Positions 44,373 through 55,428 of a DNA stretch of 64,000 nt are shown here, piece by piece (the stretch's first letter is position 1; every line of letters starts with the position of its first letter). The notes under the pieces are model-generated. The model was not told the DNA's origin, ran no database searches, and saw only the letters and a list, made by a program, of their open reading frames with translations. The DNA comes from Macrostomum hystrix. Lineage: Eukaryota; Animalia; Platyhelminthes. The DNA is taken from NCBI GenBank assembly GCA_950097015.1, contig CATNEN010000029.1, forward strand, positions 4,154,001 to 4,218,000, written 5' to 3'. The position numbers were made by a program, and so were the translations under genes.

Positions 44373-44829
44373 AGCCTAGATCTGACGAGTCCTTGACTTT
44401 ACATCCCGTGACCCGCAAGTTTTGCTTTGCTTTGGATTTACGTTTGTTTTCAAAGTGCGTTTAAGTGTCGCCAGTGTGTATTTTGATTCACTATATAATT
44501 CTTTGGATTAAAATACACTACTGCGTCCTGTGTTGGAGTCAGAACCAAGTTCTGCTGGATTGTCTACGGTGCGCACCTGTGTGGAGAAAATTAATTTGCT
44601 CTTTTGCTTCGTGTCGTAGTTTTCACAGTTTTAGTTTAAAATTCGAAACAACGCCCGCTACTTACTACTGTGTAAGTAGAGCCCAAGAAGGACAAACATA
44701 AATACGAGTATTGCATCAACCGAAGGTCTGCGAACTAGTATATCTTCAGCTGACGCACTAATCCTTCAGTTGAGACACAAGTCCTTCAGCCCTTCTGCTG
44801 ACTCAATTATCCTTCAGTTGACAATCTAA

Positions 44830-46085
44830 TTCTTCAGTTGACACACAAGTCCCCCAGTTGACACACAAGTCCTACAGCTGAGACACGCGTCCCTCAGTTG
44901 AAACACAAGTCCTACAGCTGAGACACACTTCCCTCAGTTGACACACAAGTCCTGCAGCTGAGACACACGTCCCTCAGTTGACACACAAGTCCCACAGCTG
45001 AGACACGCGTCCCTCAGTTGACACACAAGTCGCACAGCTGAGACACACAAGTTGCACAGCTGAGACACACGTCCTTCAGTTGACACACAAGTCCTACAGC
45101 TGAGAAACCCGTCCTTCAGTTGACACACAAGTCCTACAGCTGAGACACGCGTCCCTCAGTTGACACACAAGTCGCACAGCTGAGACACGCGTCCCTCAGT
45201 TGACACACAAGTCGCACAGCTGAGACACGCGTCCCTCAGTGGACACACAAGTCCTGCAGCAGAGACACACGTCCCTCAGTTGACACACAAGTCGCACAGC
45301 TGAGACACGCGTCCCTCAGTGGACACACAAGTCCTGCAGCAGAGACACACGTCCCTCAGTTGACACACAAGTCGCACAGCTGAGACACGCGTCCCTCAGT
45401 TGACACACAAGTCGCACAGCTGAGACACGCGTCCCTCAGTGGACACACAAGTCCTGCAGCAGAGACACACGTCCCTCAGTTGACACACAAGTCGCACAGC
45501 TGAGACACGCGTCCCTCAGTTGACACACAAGTCGCACAGCTGAGACACACAAGTCGCACAGCTGAGACACACGTCCTTCAGTTGACACACAAGTCCTACA
45601 GCTGAGAAACCCGTCCTTCAGTTGACACACAAGTCGCACAGCTGAGACACACAAGTTGCACAGCTGAGAAACCCGTCCTTCAGTTGACACACAAGTCCTA
45701 CAGCTGAGAAACCCGTCCTTCAGTTAACACAAGTCCTACAGCTGAGAAACCCGTCCTTCAGTTAACACAAGTCCTACAGCTGAGACACGCGTCCTTCAGT
45801 GGACACACAAGTCCTACAGCTGAGACACACGTCCTTCAGTTGACACACAAGTCGCACAGCTGAGAAACCCGTCCTTCAGTGGACACACAAGTCCTACAGC
45901 TGAGACACACGTCCTTCAGTTGACACACAAGTCGCACAGCTGAGAAACCCGTCCTTCAGTGGACACACAAGTCGCACAGCTGAGACACACGTCCCTCAGT
46001 TGACACACAAGTCGCACAGCTGAGACACACGTACTTCAGTTGACACACAAGTCCTACAGCTGAGACACGCGTCCCTCAGTTGACA
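44830..46085. repeat. 40-bp dimeric minisatellite (CAGTTGACACACAAGTCCTA-CAGCTGAGACACGCGTCCCT)n, ~30 copies
   Basis: Unit made of two related 20-mers; occasional 18-20-nt half-unit insertions. Confidence 0.95.
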
Positions 46086-47104
46086 TCAAGTGATACGAGA
46101 AAACACGTTGTGCTGCGCTGAGCTACAACCAAACATCTTTAATGTTCGTAGAGAAACATTTTTTATGTCCGAACCACATAGAACGAATCGACGCACCATT
46201 TTAAAACCAACTTGTGTCCCTTAGGTCCAGTGGGGTAAAATCACATCAGTGCTTCCTTGACGTTTGAAGTCACAGGCCTTGGCTACGCCCCTAAAGATAA
46301 TTGTGATTAAGACACTATATGGAACATGACCGGGCATGGTGCTTTTTTATGGAGCTTTGGTTCGGTCATTCGATTGTCTTCAGTTTCTGACTTAGCTTAT
46401 TATTTGGAACAGAAAGGCTGCATTGATGCTTCCATCCCATTAGCACATTAGGAAGAGGCTTATCAGTAAAATGCTTGAAGAATTTCCGCAGCTGCTCCAT
46501 GGCATCAACGGGCCAATTTTAGTCTTTTGTTAAGCTTTCAAATATTGCTGATTGCTGATTGCGGAACATATACTCGTATTTCCACACATCTATGGAATTG
46601 AAAGCCTTAAGCTGCTTGCATGTAAATATGCAGCCACTGTCGAGCTATCAGGCATGTCTGCAGTTAACAAGACCTCCCACGAACAGGGCAGCGGAGCATT
46701 GTTAAAAGGTACAGGTAACAATCGGCAGCTTCGCAAAAATAAACAATTCAAATGGATCAAGTAGCTGGACTGTCAAAGTGAAGTGAACTTAGGCAGCGTC
46801 AGATAAAATTAGCAGCTTTTTGTTTGACGCTGACGATTTTAGAAAACGGCTTCTAAAACTAAAAAACTACACTCTGTTTTGTCATTCACAACTCAAATCA
46901 GTTTCCGTTGCAATAAAGGTAAATAAAGGCGTCAAATGAGTAGTCACATATTAGAAGAGCTGCAGATTGGGCTAAAAAACAAGTCACATCCTAACAACAA
47001 TAACGCTAGCTGCGTCTCGATAAAAAAGTTGCGTCACTAAACGAAAGGCAGCCCAGGCTAGATAATCGAAAACGTCAGGTACTAAATTTGTAACCCAAAC
47101 CATC

Positions 47105-47315
47105 TTGCGGGTCGCAGCAAGGTCCTTGAGCTCGATTCCGCGGCGAAGTTGATTTGGATTCATTTAATTTGGAACGCAGCCGCCGAGAGAAGACTTTGGG
47201 GGCTTGTGTGCGTGTGTACTCAGGAGTCAGCGAAATGGGCAGGCAGAATTGCCTCCTCGCTGGCTTTTGGGTCTAGTGACACCAAATGATGAGCCATTGC
47301 CCGCAGCCAACAGCT
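47105..47315 (+). mobile_element. Putative tRNA-derived SINE, copy B
   Basis: GGTCCTTGAGCTCGATTCC (B-box-like, ~47121-47139) and downstream blocks CGCAGCCG, GTGTGCGTGTGTACTCAGGAGTCAGCGAAATGGG, GTCTAGTGACACCAAA, CATTGCCCGCAGC shared with 56655-56965. Confidence 0.55.
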
Positions 47316-48000
47316 ATTTTTTTCGTAATCTACCTCGATCGCATCCTCCGGTGGTTTTGCCGCGTTTCTCTACCAAATTGTCATGCAGTTTCAGCCTTCC
47401 CCCACCATCTTAGATCCCAAAATTCCGGAATTTGGGATCAGGGATTTGATAAGGCTGAATTCAACATTCATTCATTCAACAGCAATCGGGATTTACAAGA
47501 ATGATAATGAGAAAAAAGCTTGTCGTTAACCTTTTTCGAAAGTAGCTTTTCTATTTTTTCCCATGCCTAGCAGATCAATTTGCTAACTACAATTTGTGTA
47601 TTGCAGACAGATTCCAGTCAAGCGAGTCCAGTTGTTGAATAAGGATTTTGAAACTGAGTCTTTCTGTTTTGCGATGACTATATGCTGTTAAAAATAACTC
47701 GCTAAAATGTAACGAGAATGTACGAGCTGACATTGCTACCTCGTATAAAAGAGGACGAATTGATTTTGTCTTGTAACATCCTGCATACTATTTGTAACAT
47801 AGTTCTCTTTTATTTGCTCATCCACCTATCTACCTATCATTTATTCGTACAGATCGTGAAGAAAGATAGACTTCAACGGATTAGGGAATCACGAGCGTAA
47901 CTTCATTACAAATCGTTACTAGAACAGTTTTACTTAAACTAAATGAATACTGCACGCTCGTATAAAACAGGCGTGACCGGATTAGAATCGATTTCTTCAG

Positions 48001-49295
48001 TCAAACTAGGTCTGCTGATTTTCTCTTCTTTGGGTGTTTTGACCGGCTTTTGGCTTTGCATAGCGGACAGATTGGTGCGTTCCTGTGGATCTGCTGCTGG
48101 CAGGACATGCAGGCCTTCATCGGTGGAGGCTGCTGCTGCTGTGGTGGCAGCGATGATGGATGCTGGCGATGCTGCTGCCTCGCTGCTGAGTTTGTTGAAG
48201 ACGATGAAGCCGCCATTGAGGGCAGCCTCGCCGGCTGCTGGAATTGATGGAACCCACTAACAGCTGCGGGACTTATCGGCAGTGGCGACGGCTGCGACGT
48301 CGGGGGCAGAAAGGAAAATGAGGTTAGAAAGGACTGAAAACCGGATTGCAGATAGGGCGGCTGTGGCGGTGGAGGGCCTGAGGAGCTGAAGTCCAGATTT
48401 GGCAGCGGAATCGAGTGCTGCATCTGGGACATTTGACTGCAAATTTCAGTGAAATCAACGTCAGATACAAATTGCTACTTCAAAGCGTCACGAAATAGAT
48501 CGTAGAATTTTGAGTGACTCAACTCAGCCGTTGATGAAGCTCCAGTCGCAGCGGCCACAGCTGCGCAGTCGCCGCACTCGCTGACAGCGGCCAATGTGAG
48601 AGCAGCCGTCGGAGACCCGATCAACGGTAGCGGCTCCAGGCAATTGAGCTGCCGCAGTCGATTCAACCTGGTCAGCAGGCCGCCGTATCTGTCTGCCAGG
48701 CCGCGAGCTCGCGACAGCTCCCGCTGGCGGGCCTGCTCCGAGCGGCTCAGGCTTGCCTCTACCTGACGAGGCGATGAATACGTTGGGTCTGCTTAACATG
48801 CATCTTCGAGTTTCCTGACCGAACATCTTTCAGTTCCCCCTGTCAGACATCCGTCAGCTCCCTGTCAGACATCCCTCAGCTCCCTGCCAGACATCCCTCA
48901 GCTCCCTGCCAGCCGCTCACCGAGCTGATGCTGGCATGCAGACGCCGCAGCTGCTGTACATGCGCCAACCGCTCTCGCTGAAGCGAGTCGAGCTCGCGAC
49001 TGTATTCGTCGATGTATTTAGACTGCTGGTCGCAAGCAGACGCTGCCAACTCAAGGTTGTGACGGATGTCCAGCAGCTCGCTCGACAGCTCGCTAATTGG
49101 AAAAGGAAATCGAAATAGGATTTTAGGAGATGATGATAATGATTTAATAGAATTGGGATTTTTCTTAGTTATAAACCTGATTTCTTCAGCCAAGCCTGTC
49201 GCCGAAGCACCTGCACTTCGCTCGTTGCCGCCTCCACCGCAGATTTTTTTCGCAGCCGGCGAAGTTGGAAGCTGCAAAATTTTGGCAATATCCAT
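48001..49295 (-). CDS. ZC4H2: Zinc finger C4H2 domain-containing protein, 4 exons, 321 aa
   Basis: Exons 49295-49177, 49092-48921 ([30 protein letters not shown]), 48762-48524, 48436-48001 ([37 protein letters not shown]); total 966 nt. C-terminal motif essentially identical to recalled human ZC4H2. Confidence 0.93.
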
Positions 49296-50359
49296 GACAA
49301 CTAACAGTTAACTAACAGCAGGTTAACGCTGTTAATTAGAGGCGAGATTATAGCCAAATTAACACTTCAAAGAGAAGCTAAGCGAACTGAAATGACAAGT
49401 CAGTGTTGCAGCTATTTTTAATACGGTCATGTTCTATGAGAGCCCTGTCGAACAGTGTTTTAGTAAGCTATAAGCCAATCAGAAGCCCGAGAAGGGTTTC
49501 AACATTTAGCGACTACATACGCCGAACAATGAACTGCTGGCACAGTAAAATCTGACAATTCAAAGTGTGAAGTGAGCCAGTTTTCAAAGCCACCAATTCT
49601 ATAGCCAGCTCAATGTAGTCTGGTTTCACGGAGTCCATAATGAATAGAAAAATATGGAATGAGATATGCAAATTTTCCTTTTGTCTCTTTGCCGCCCTCT
49701 CTCTATCTATCTCTGTCGTTTTTCCTGTTAATTTTCTCGCTTTTTACCTGACATCTTTCTTTTCAATCTGGTTTTCGAAATTGGCTGCGTTTTTAACCGC
49801 CAACATCTCGGTGCAGTGGCCTGCGCACTGCAGGCCTCATTATAGAGTGAGAATTAAGAGGCCAAAGGTCTTAGCGACAACATTAGCGAATGAGTTGGTG
49901 CAGTCTCTTCTAACGCGATAAAACAAACACTTACTCTCCTGCGACTAAGATGATGGGGTGGCTAATTCCATTGTAAAAAATCTGCTTTTATAAAGAAAGC
50001 AATTTTTCGGGTTCATTCTAGACAGTCTCTTGAGTATGAAAAAAACGACACAATGCACCGAAATATCCAAAGAGAGGATCGTTCTTTAAGACCAAGAAAC
50101 TGCTTGGCAGTCACTTTATAATTAGCAGGTGTGTGCTAAATGTCTGACTGTCACTAGTTCCTAAATAGAATTGCTTATCGCTTACAAGCTTATAGTATTT
50201 CAAAACTATTGCAACACTCCTCTGCTTGATCCTTAGCCCCTGATTGCAGTGTTCTGCACCTCAAATTTTGCATTGCATTAAATATCATCGCGTACAATAC
50301 ATTCTACTTAAAATCATTGTAGCTGGTTAGTTCTTTTGTTAGCTTTTTACCTATGTTTT

Positions 50360-53300
50360 CATAATCTATTGGCTCATTCTCTCTGCTTCTCATTCTCTCT
50401 GCTTCTCATTCTCTCTGCTTCTCATTTCTCTGCTTCTCATTCTCTCTGCTTCTCATTCTCTCTGCTTCTCATTCTCTCTGCTTCTCATTCTCTCTGCTTC
50501 TCATTCTCTCTGCTTCTCATTCTCTCTGCTTCTCATTCTCTCTGCTTCTCATTCTCTCTGCTTCTCATTCTCTCTGCTTCTCATTCTCTCTGCTTCTCAT
50601 TCTCTCTGCTTCTCATTCTCTCTGCTTCTCATTCTCTCTGCTTCTCATTCTCTCTGCTTCTCATTCTCTCTGCTTCTCATTCTCTGCTTCTCATTCTCTC
50701 TGCTTCTCATTCTCTCTGCTTCTCATTCTCTCTGCTTCTCATTCTCTCTGCTTCTCATTCTCTCTGCTTCTCATTCTCTCTGCTTCTCATTGTCTCTGCT
50801 TCTCATTCTCTCTGCTTCTCATTCTCTCTCCTTCTCATTGTCTCTGCTTCTCATTCTCTCTGCTTCTCATTCTCTCTGCTTCTTATTCTCTCTGCTTCTC
50901 ATTCTCTCTGCTTCTCATTCTCTCTGCTTCTCATTCTCTCTGCTTCTCATTCTCTCTGCTTCTCATTCTCTCTGCTTCTCATTGTCTCTGCTTCTCATTC
51001 TCTCTGCTTCTCATTCTCTCTGCTTCTCATTCTCTCTGCTTCTCATTCTCTCTGCTTCTCATTCTCTCTGCTTCTCATTCTCTCTGCTTCTCATTCTCTC
51101 TGCTTCTCATTCTCTCTCCTTCTCATTGTCTCTGCTTCTCATTCTCTCTGCTTCTCATTCTCTCTGCTTCTCATTCTCTCTGCTTCTCATTCTCTGCTTC
51201 TCATTCTCTCTGCTTCTCTGCTTCTCATCTCTGCTTCTCATTGTCTCTGCTTCTCATTCTCTCTGCTTCTCATTCTCTCTGCTTCTCATTCTCTGCTTCT
51301 CATTCTCTCTGCTTCTCTGCTTCTCATCTCTGCTTCTCATTGTCTCTGCTTCTCATTCTCTCTGCTTCTCATTCTCTCTCCTTCTCATTCTCTCTGCTTC
51401 TCATTCTCTCTGCTTCTCATTCTCTCTGCTTCTCATTCTCTCTGCTTCTCATTCTCTCTGCTTCTCATTCTCTGCTTCTCATTCTCTCTGCTTCTCTGCT
51501 TCTCATCTCTGCTTCTCATTGTCTCTGCTTCTCATTCTCTCTGCTTCTCATTCTCTCTCCTTCTCATTCTCTCTGCTTCTCATTCTCTCTGCTTCTCATT
51601 CTCTCTGCTTCTCATTGTCTCTGCTTCTCATTCTCTCTGCTTCTCATTGTCTCTGCTTCTCATTCTCTCTGCTTCTCATTCTCTCTCCTTCTCATTCTCT
51701 CTGCTTCTCATTCTCTCTGCTTCTCATTCTCTCTGCTTCTCATTGTCTCTGCTTCTCATTGTCTCTGCTTCTCATTCTCTCTGCTTCTCATTCTCTCTGC
51801 TTCTCATTCTCTCTGCTTCTCATTCTCTCTGCTTCTCATTCTCTCTGCTTCTCATTCTCTCTGCTTCTCATTCTCTCTGCTTCTCATTCTCTCTGCTTCT
51901 CATTCTCTCTGCTTCTCATCTCTGCTTCTCATTCTCTCTGCTTCTCATTCTCTCTGCTTCTCATTCTCTCTGCTTCTCATTCTCTGCTTCTCATTCTCTC
52001 TGCTTCTCTGCTTCTCATCTCTGCTTCTCATTGTCTCTGCTTCTCATTCTCTCTGCTTCTCATTCTCTCTCCTTCTCATTCTCTCTGCTTCTCATTGTCT
52101 CTGCTTCTCATTGTCTCTGCTTCTCATTGTCTCTGCTTCTCATTCTCTCTGCTTCTCATTCTCTCTGCTTCTCATTCTCTCTCCTTCTCATTGTCTCTGC
52201 TTCTCATTCTCTCTGCTTCTCATTGTCTCTGCTTCTCATTCTCTCTGCTTCTCATTCTCTCTGCTTCTCATTCTCTCTGCTTCTCATTCTCTCTGCTTCT
52301 CATTCTCTCTGCTTCTCATTCTCTGCTTCTCATTCTCTCTGCTTCTCTGCTTCTCATCTCTGCTTCTCATTCTCTCTGCTTCTCATTCTCTCTGCTTCTC
52401 ATTCTCTCTGCTTCTCATTCTCTGCTTCTCATTCTCTCTGCTTCTCTGCTTCTCATCTCTGCTTCTCATTGTCTCTGCTTCTCATTCTCTCTGCTTCTCA
52501 TTCTCTCTCCTTCTCATTCTCTCTGCTTCTCATTCTCTCTGCTTCTCATTCTCTCTGCTTCTCATTCTCTCTGCTTCTCATTCTCTCTGCTTCTCATTCT
52601 CTGCTTCTCATTCTCTCTGCTTCTCTGCTTCTCATCTCTGCTTCTCATTCTCTCTGCTTCTCATTCTCTCTGCTTCTCATTCTCTCTCCTTCTCATTCTC
52701 TCTGCTTCTCATTCTCTCTGCTTCTCATTCTCTCTGCTTCTCATTGTCTCTGCTTCTCATTCTCTCTGCTTCTCATTGTCTCTGCTTCTCATTCTCTCTG
52801 CTTCTCATTCTCTCTGCCTTCTCATTCTCTCTGCTTCTCATTCTCTCTGCTTCTCATTCTCTCTGCTTCTCATTGTCTCTGCTTCTCATTGTCTCTGCTT
52901 CTCATTCTCTCTGCTTCTCATTCTCTCTGCTTCTCATTCTCTCTGCTTCTCATTCTCTCTGCTTCTCATTCTCTCTGCTTCTCATTCTCTCTGCTTCTCA
53001 TTCTCTCTGCTTCTCATTCTCTCTGCTTCTCATTCTCTCTGCTTCTCATTGTCTCTGCTTCTCATTCTCTCTGCTTCTCATTCTCTCTGCTTCTCATTCT
53101 CTCTCCTTCTCATTGTCTCTGCTTCTCATTCTCTCTGCTTCTCATTCTCTCTCCTTCTCATTGTCTCTGCTTCTCATTCTCTCTGCTTCTCATTGTCTCT
53201 GCTTCTCATTCTCTCTGCTTCTCATTCTCTCTGCTTCTCATTCTCTCTGCTTCTCATTCTCTCTGCTTCTCATTCTCTCTGCTTCTCATTCTCTCTGCTT

Positions 53301-53580
53301 CTCATTCTCTCTGCCTTCTCATTCTCTCTGCTTCTCATTCTCTCTGCTTCTCATTGTCTCTGCTTCTCATTGTCTCTGCTTCTCATTGTCTCTGCTTCTC
53401 ATTCTCTCTGCTTCTCATTCTCTCTGCTTCTCATTCTCTCTGCTTCTCATTCTCTGCTTCTCATTGTCTCTGCTTCTCATTCTCTCTGCTTCTCATTCTC
53501 TCTGCTTCTCATTCTCTCTGCTTCTCATTCTCTCTGCTTCTCTGCTTCTCATCTCTGCTTTTCATTCTCTGCTTCTCATT
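50360..53580. repeat. 16-bp minisatellite (TCTCTGCTTCTCATTC)n, ~200 copies
   Basis: Direct reading; the unit lacks stops on +, giving spurious 800-1100 aa ORFs in three frames. Confidence 0.97.
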
Positions 53581-55428
53581 CATATTTTCTCTTGCTTTTT
53601 ATCATGTTTATATTTTAATTCCCACATAGGTCGTATTAGCCTTTAAAAAATTCGTGGGCTATTGCAGAATTTTCTAACTCTGTTTAAACCGTGCTACAAC
53701 ACGCATAAGCATAGATGCAGTACTTCTATCAGTCATCAAGTAACCACTTGGTCCATTGCTCCATTAGAACTATTTGCGCTGCTTTTGCTCCGTCTTTGCG
53801 AACATCAGCACATGCATTGGGTCTTCTTGGTCTCTTCTAGCAGCAACAGCAGCAGCAGCAGCAGCAGTTCGCAAAGAAGTGCCACCGTTTGCGTAAGACC
53901 GATTTCATATAGGGCTGCTGTGTACATTTATACCAGCGTGACTACTTATGCCAGCCGACAACTGTTTTCGATCGCGCCAGCACGCCATGATAGCCACTCC
54001 CCGATCTCTCTCCCAGTATGTGTCAGCCTAGCATGCTATTTGATGATGTGCTATGCATGTAGTGACAGACACTGCTGGGGCATTGCGGGTGCGCATGGCG
54101 CCGCCGTGTCTGGGGGAAACTCTTCCCGGTTTTCCGCGAATGGATCCGCTGGCGAGGGAATCTGCGCCCCAGATGGCGCGAAGAAATTTGGTCAGGGGTG
54201 GGCTGGACTAGGTGGATCCGAAAAGATGAAGCCCACCCATGTAGGGAGATTTGCCACTGAAGAAGAGCAACAGGGAGCGAGAGGAATTCCTTTTATCCCA
54301 TTCTCATCAACAGGAGTTGCGCAGTGGGTTGTGACAAAGTGCAGTATCTGGTATCTGTTGTTTTGCGAGCGATATAAGATTTTTAACGCTAACTTGTTTT
54401 GCAACAACGTAAAAATTGCTATTAGTGCAACCTGGGCCCTGTGCAACTTTCCCGTTTTATTACAACTTTTGTGTTATTCATAATTTTTTTAACTAACTTT
54501 TTTATTCTGTCGTCTTCTGGTCGAAAGAATAGTCCTACAGAAGCCTCTAAAGTTTTCAGGCTCTAGTTCACGCAAACAAGGTCGAGGCCAAAATGTAATA
54601 TAATTTACTTGATTAGAAGTCCTTGGCTCGAGGTTCATATAATTATAAATCTGTAAAATTCCTACGCTGGAGGACTTAATCCTAGCGTTACAATTGCAGA
54701 TTTCATAAACGGTATAACAAACAGATATATTTAATTTTAACTCCGTTGAGCGTATGAAACAATTAAGGACCACTTTAGTATAACAGGACGGGAAACTCAA
54801 AGATCTTGTAAATTTTTGAAGGCCGATTTCCTGGAAAAAAAAATACACTGCGGAGATAGGAAAAAGTCATTTTTTCAGCACATAACATACTACAGTGGTC
54901 TTTGGTATGAAACTTCTGCCTAAAGCTTGCGTCCTGTGTCTAATTCATAGACAAATTGTGCTAGGTAAGTTAAAAGCCAAAGGTTTCGTAGAAAAGAACT
55001 TTAACTCTATAGCATATAGATTTTGCTTCTGATCTAAAAAGCTGCTCAAAGCGTTAAGCAAAGAGCGATTTTTAGGTTTCATATGTTAAAGATGTTTCTT
55101 ACGACTGCAGTTTTTCCGTGTCCAATTTTTAGTGTATAAAAACAAACTATAAAGTCATATGACTATAATACTTAATAAAAAGTTTTATTTAAAGATAAGC
55201 GCTCACTAAATTTTATAAATGCGTATTTTGATGCTGTTATAGTGTCATCATTACGTCTCACCTACGCCCTCTTAAATGTGGCACTGATTTAACATTTTCG
55301 TGATACATTCGTACTGATTATTGTGGCACGCTGATACAACAAACAACATAAACGTGAAGCTTTTTCTGCTGTTCTCACATACTTCTACCTTCATTCATTC
55401 GTTAAGCCGTATCGCTTAGTTTTATATA

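Noticed and set aside
46300-46790. Protein-like minus-strand reading (WPVDAMEQLRKFFKHFTDKPLPNVLMGW)
   Set aside because: Interrupted by stops, no family recognised, no clear splice sites.
50336-53646. ORFs of 1097, 942 and 801 aa
   Set aside because: Translations of a 16-bp tandem repeat lacking stops; open in all three + frames, no unique sequence.
53662-54483. 273-aa ORF
   Set aside because: TTG start, no recognisable domain, composition not protein-like; kept only as part of a low-interest unassigned region.
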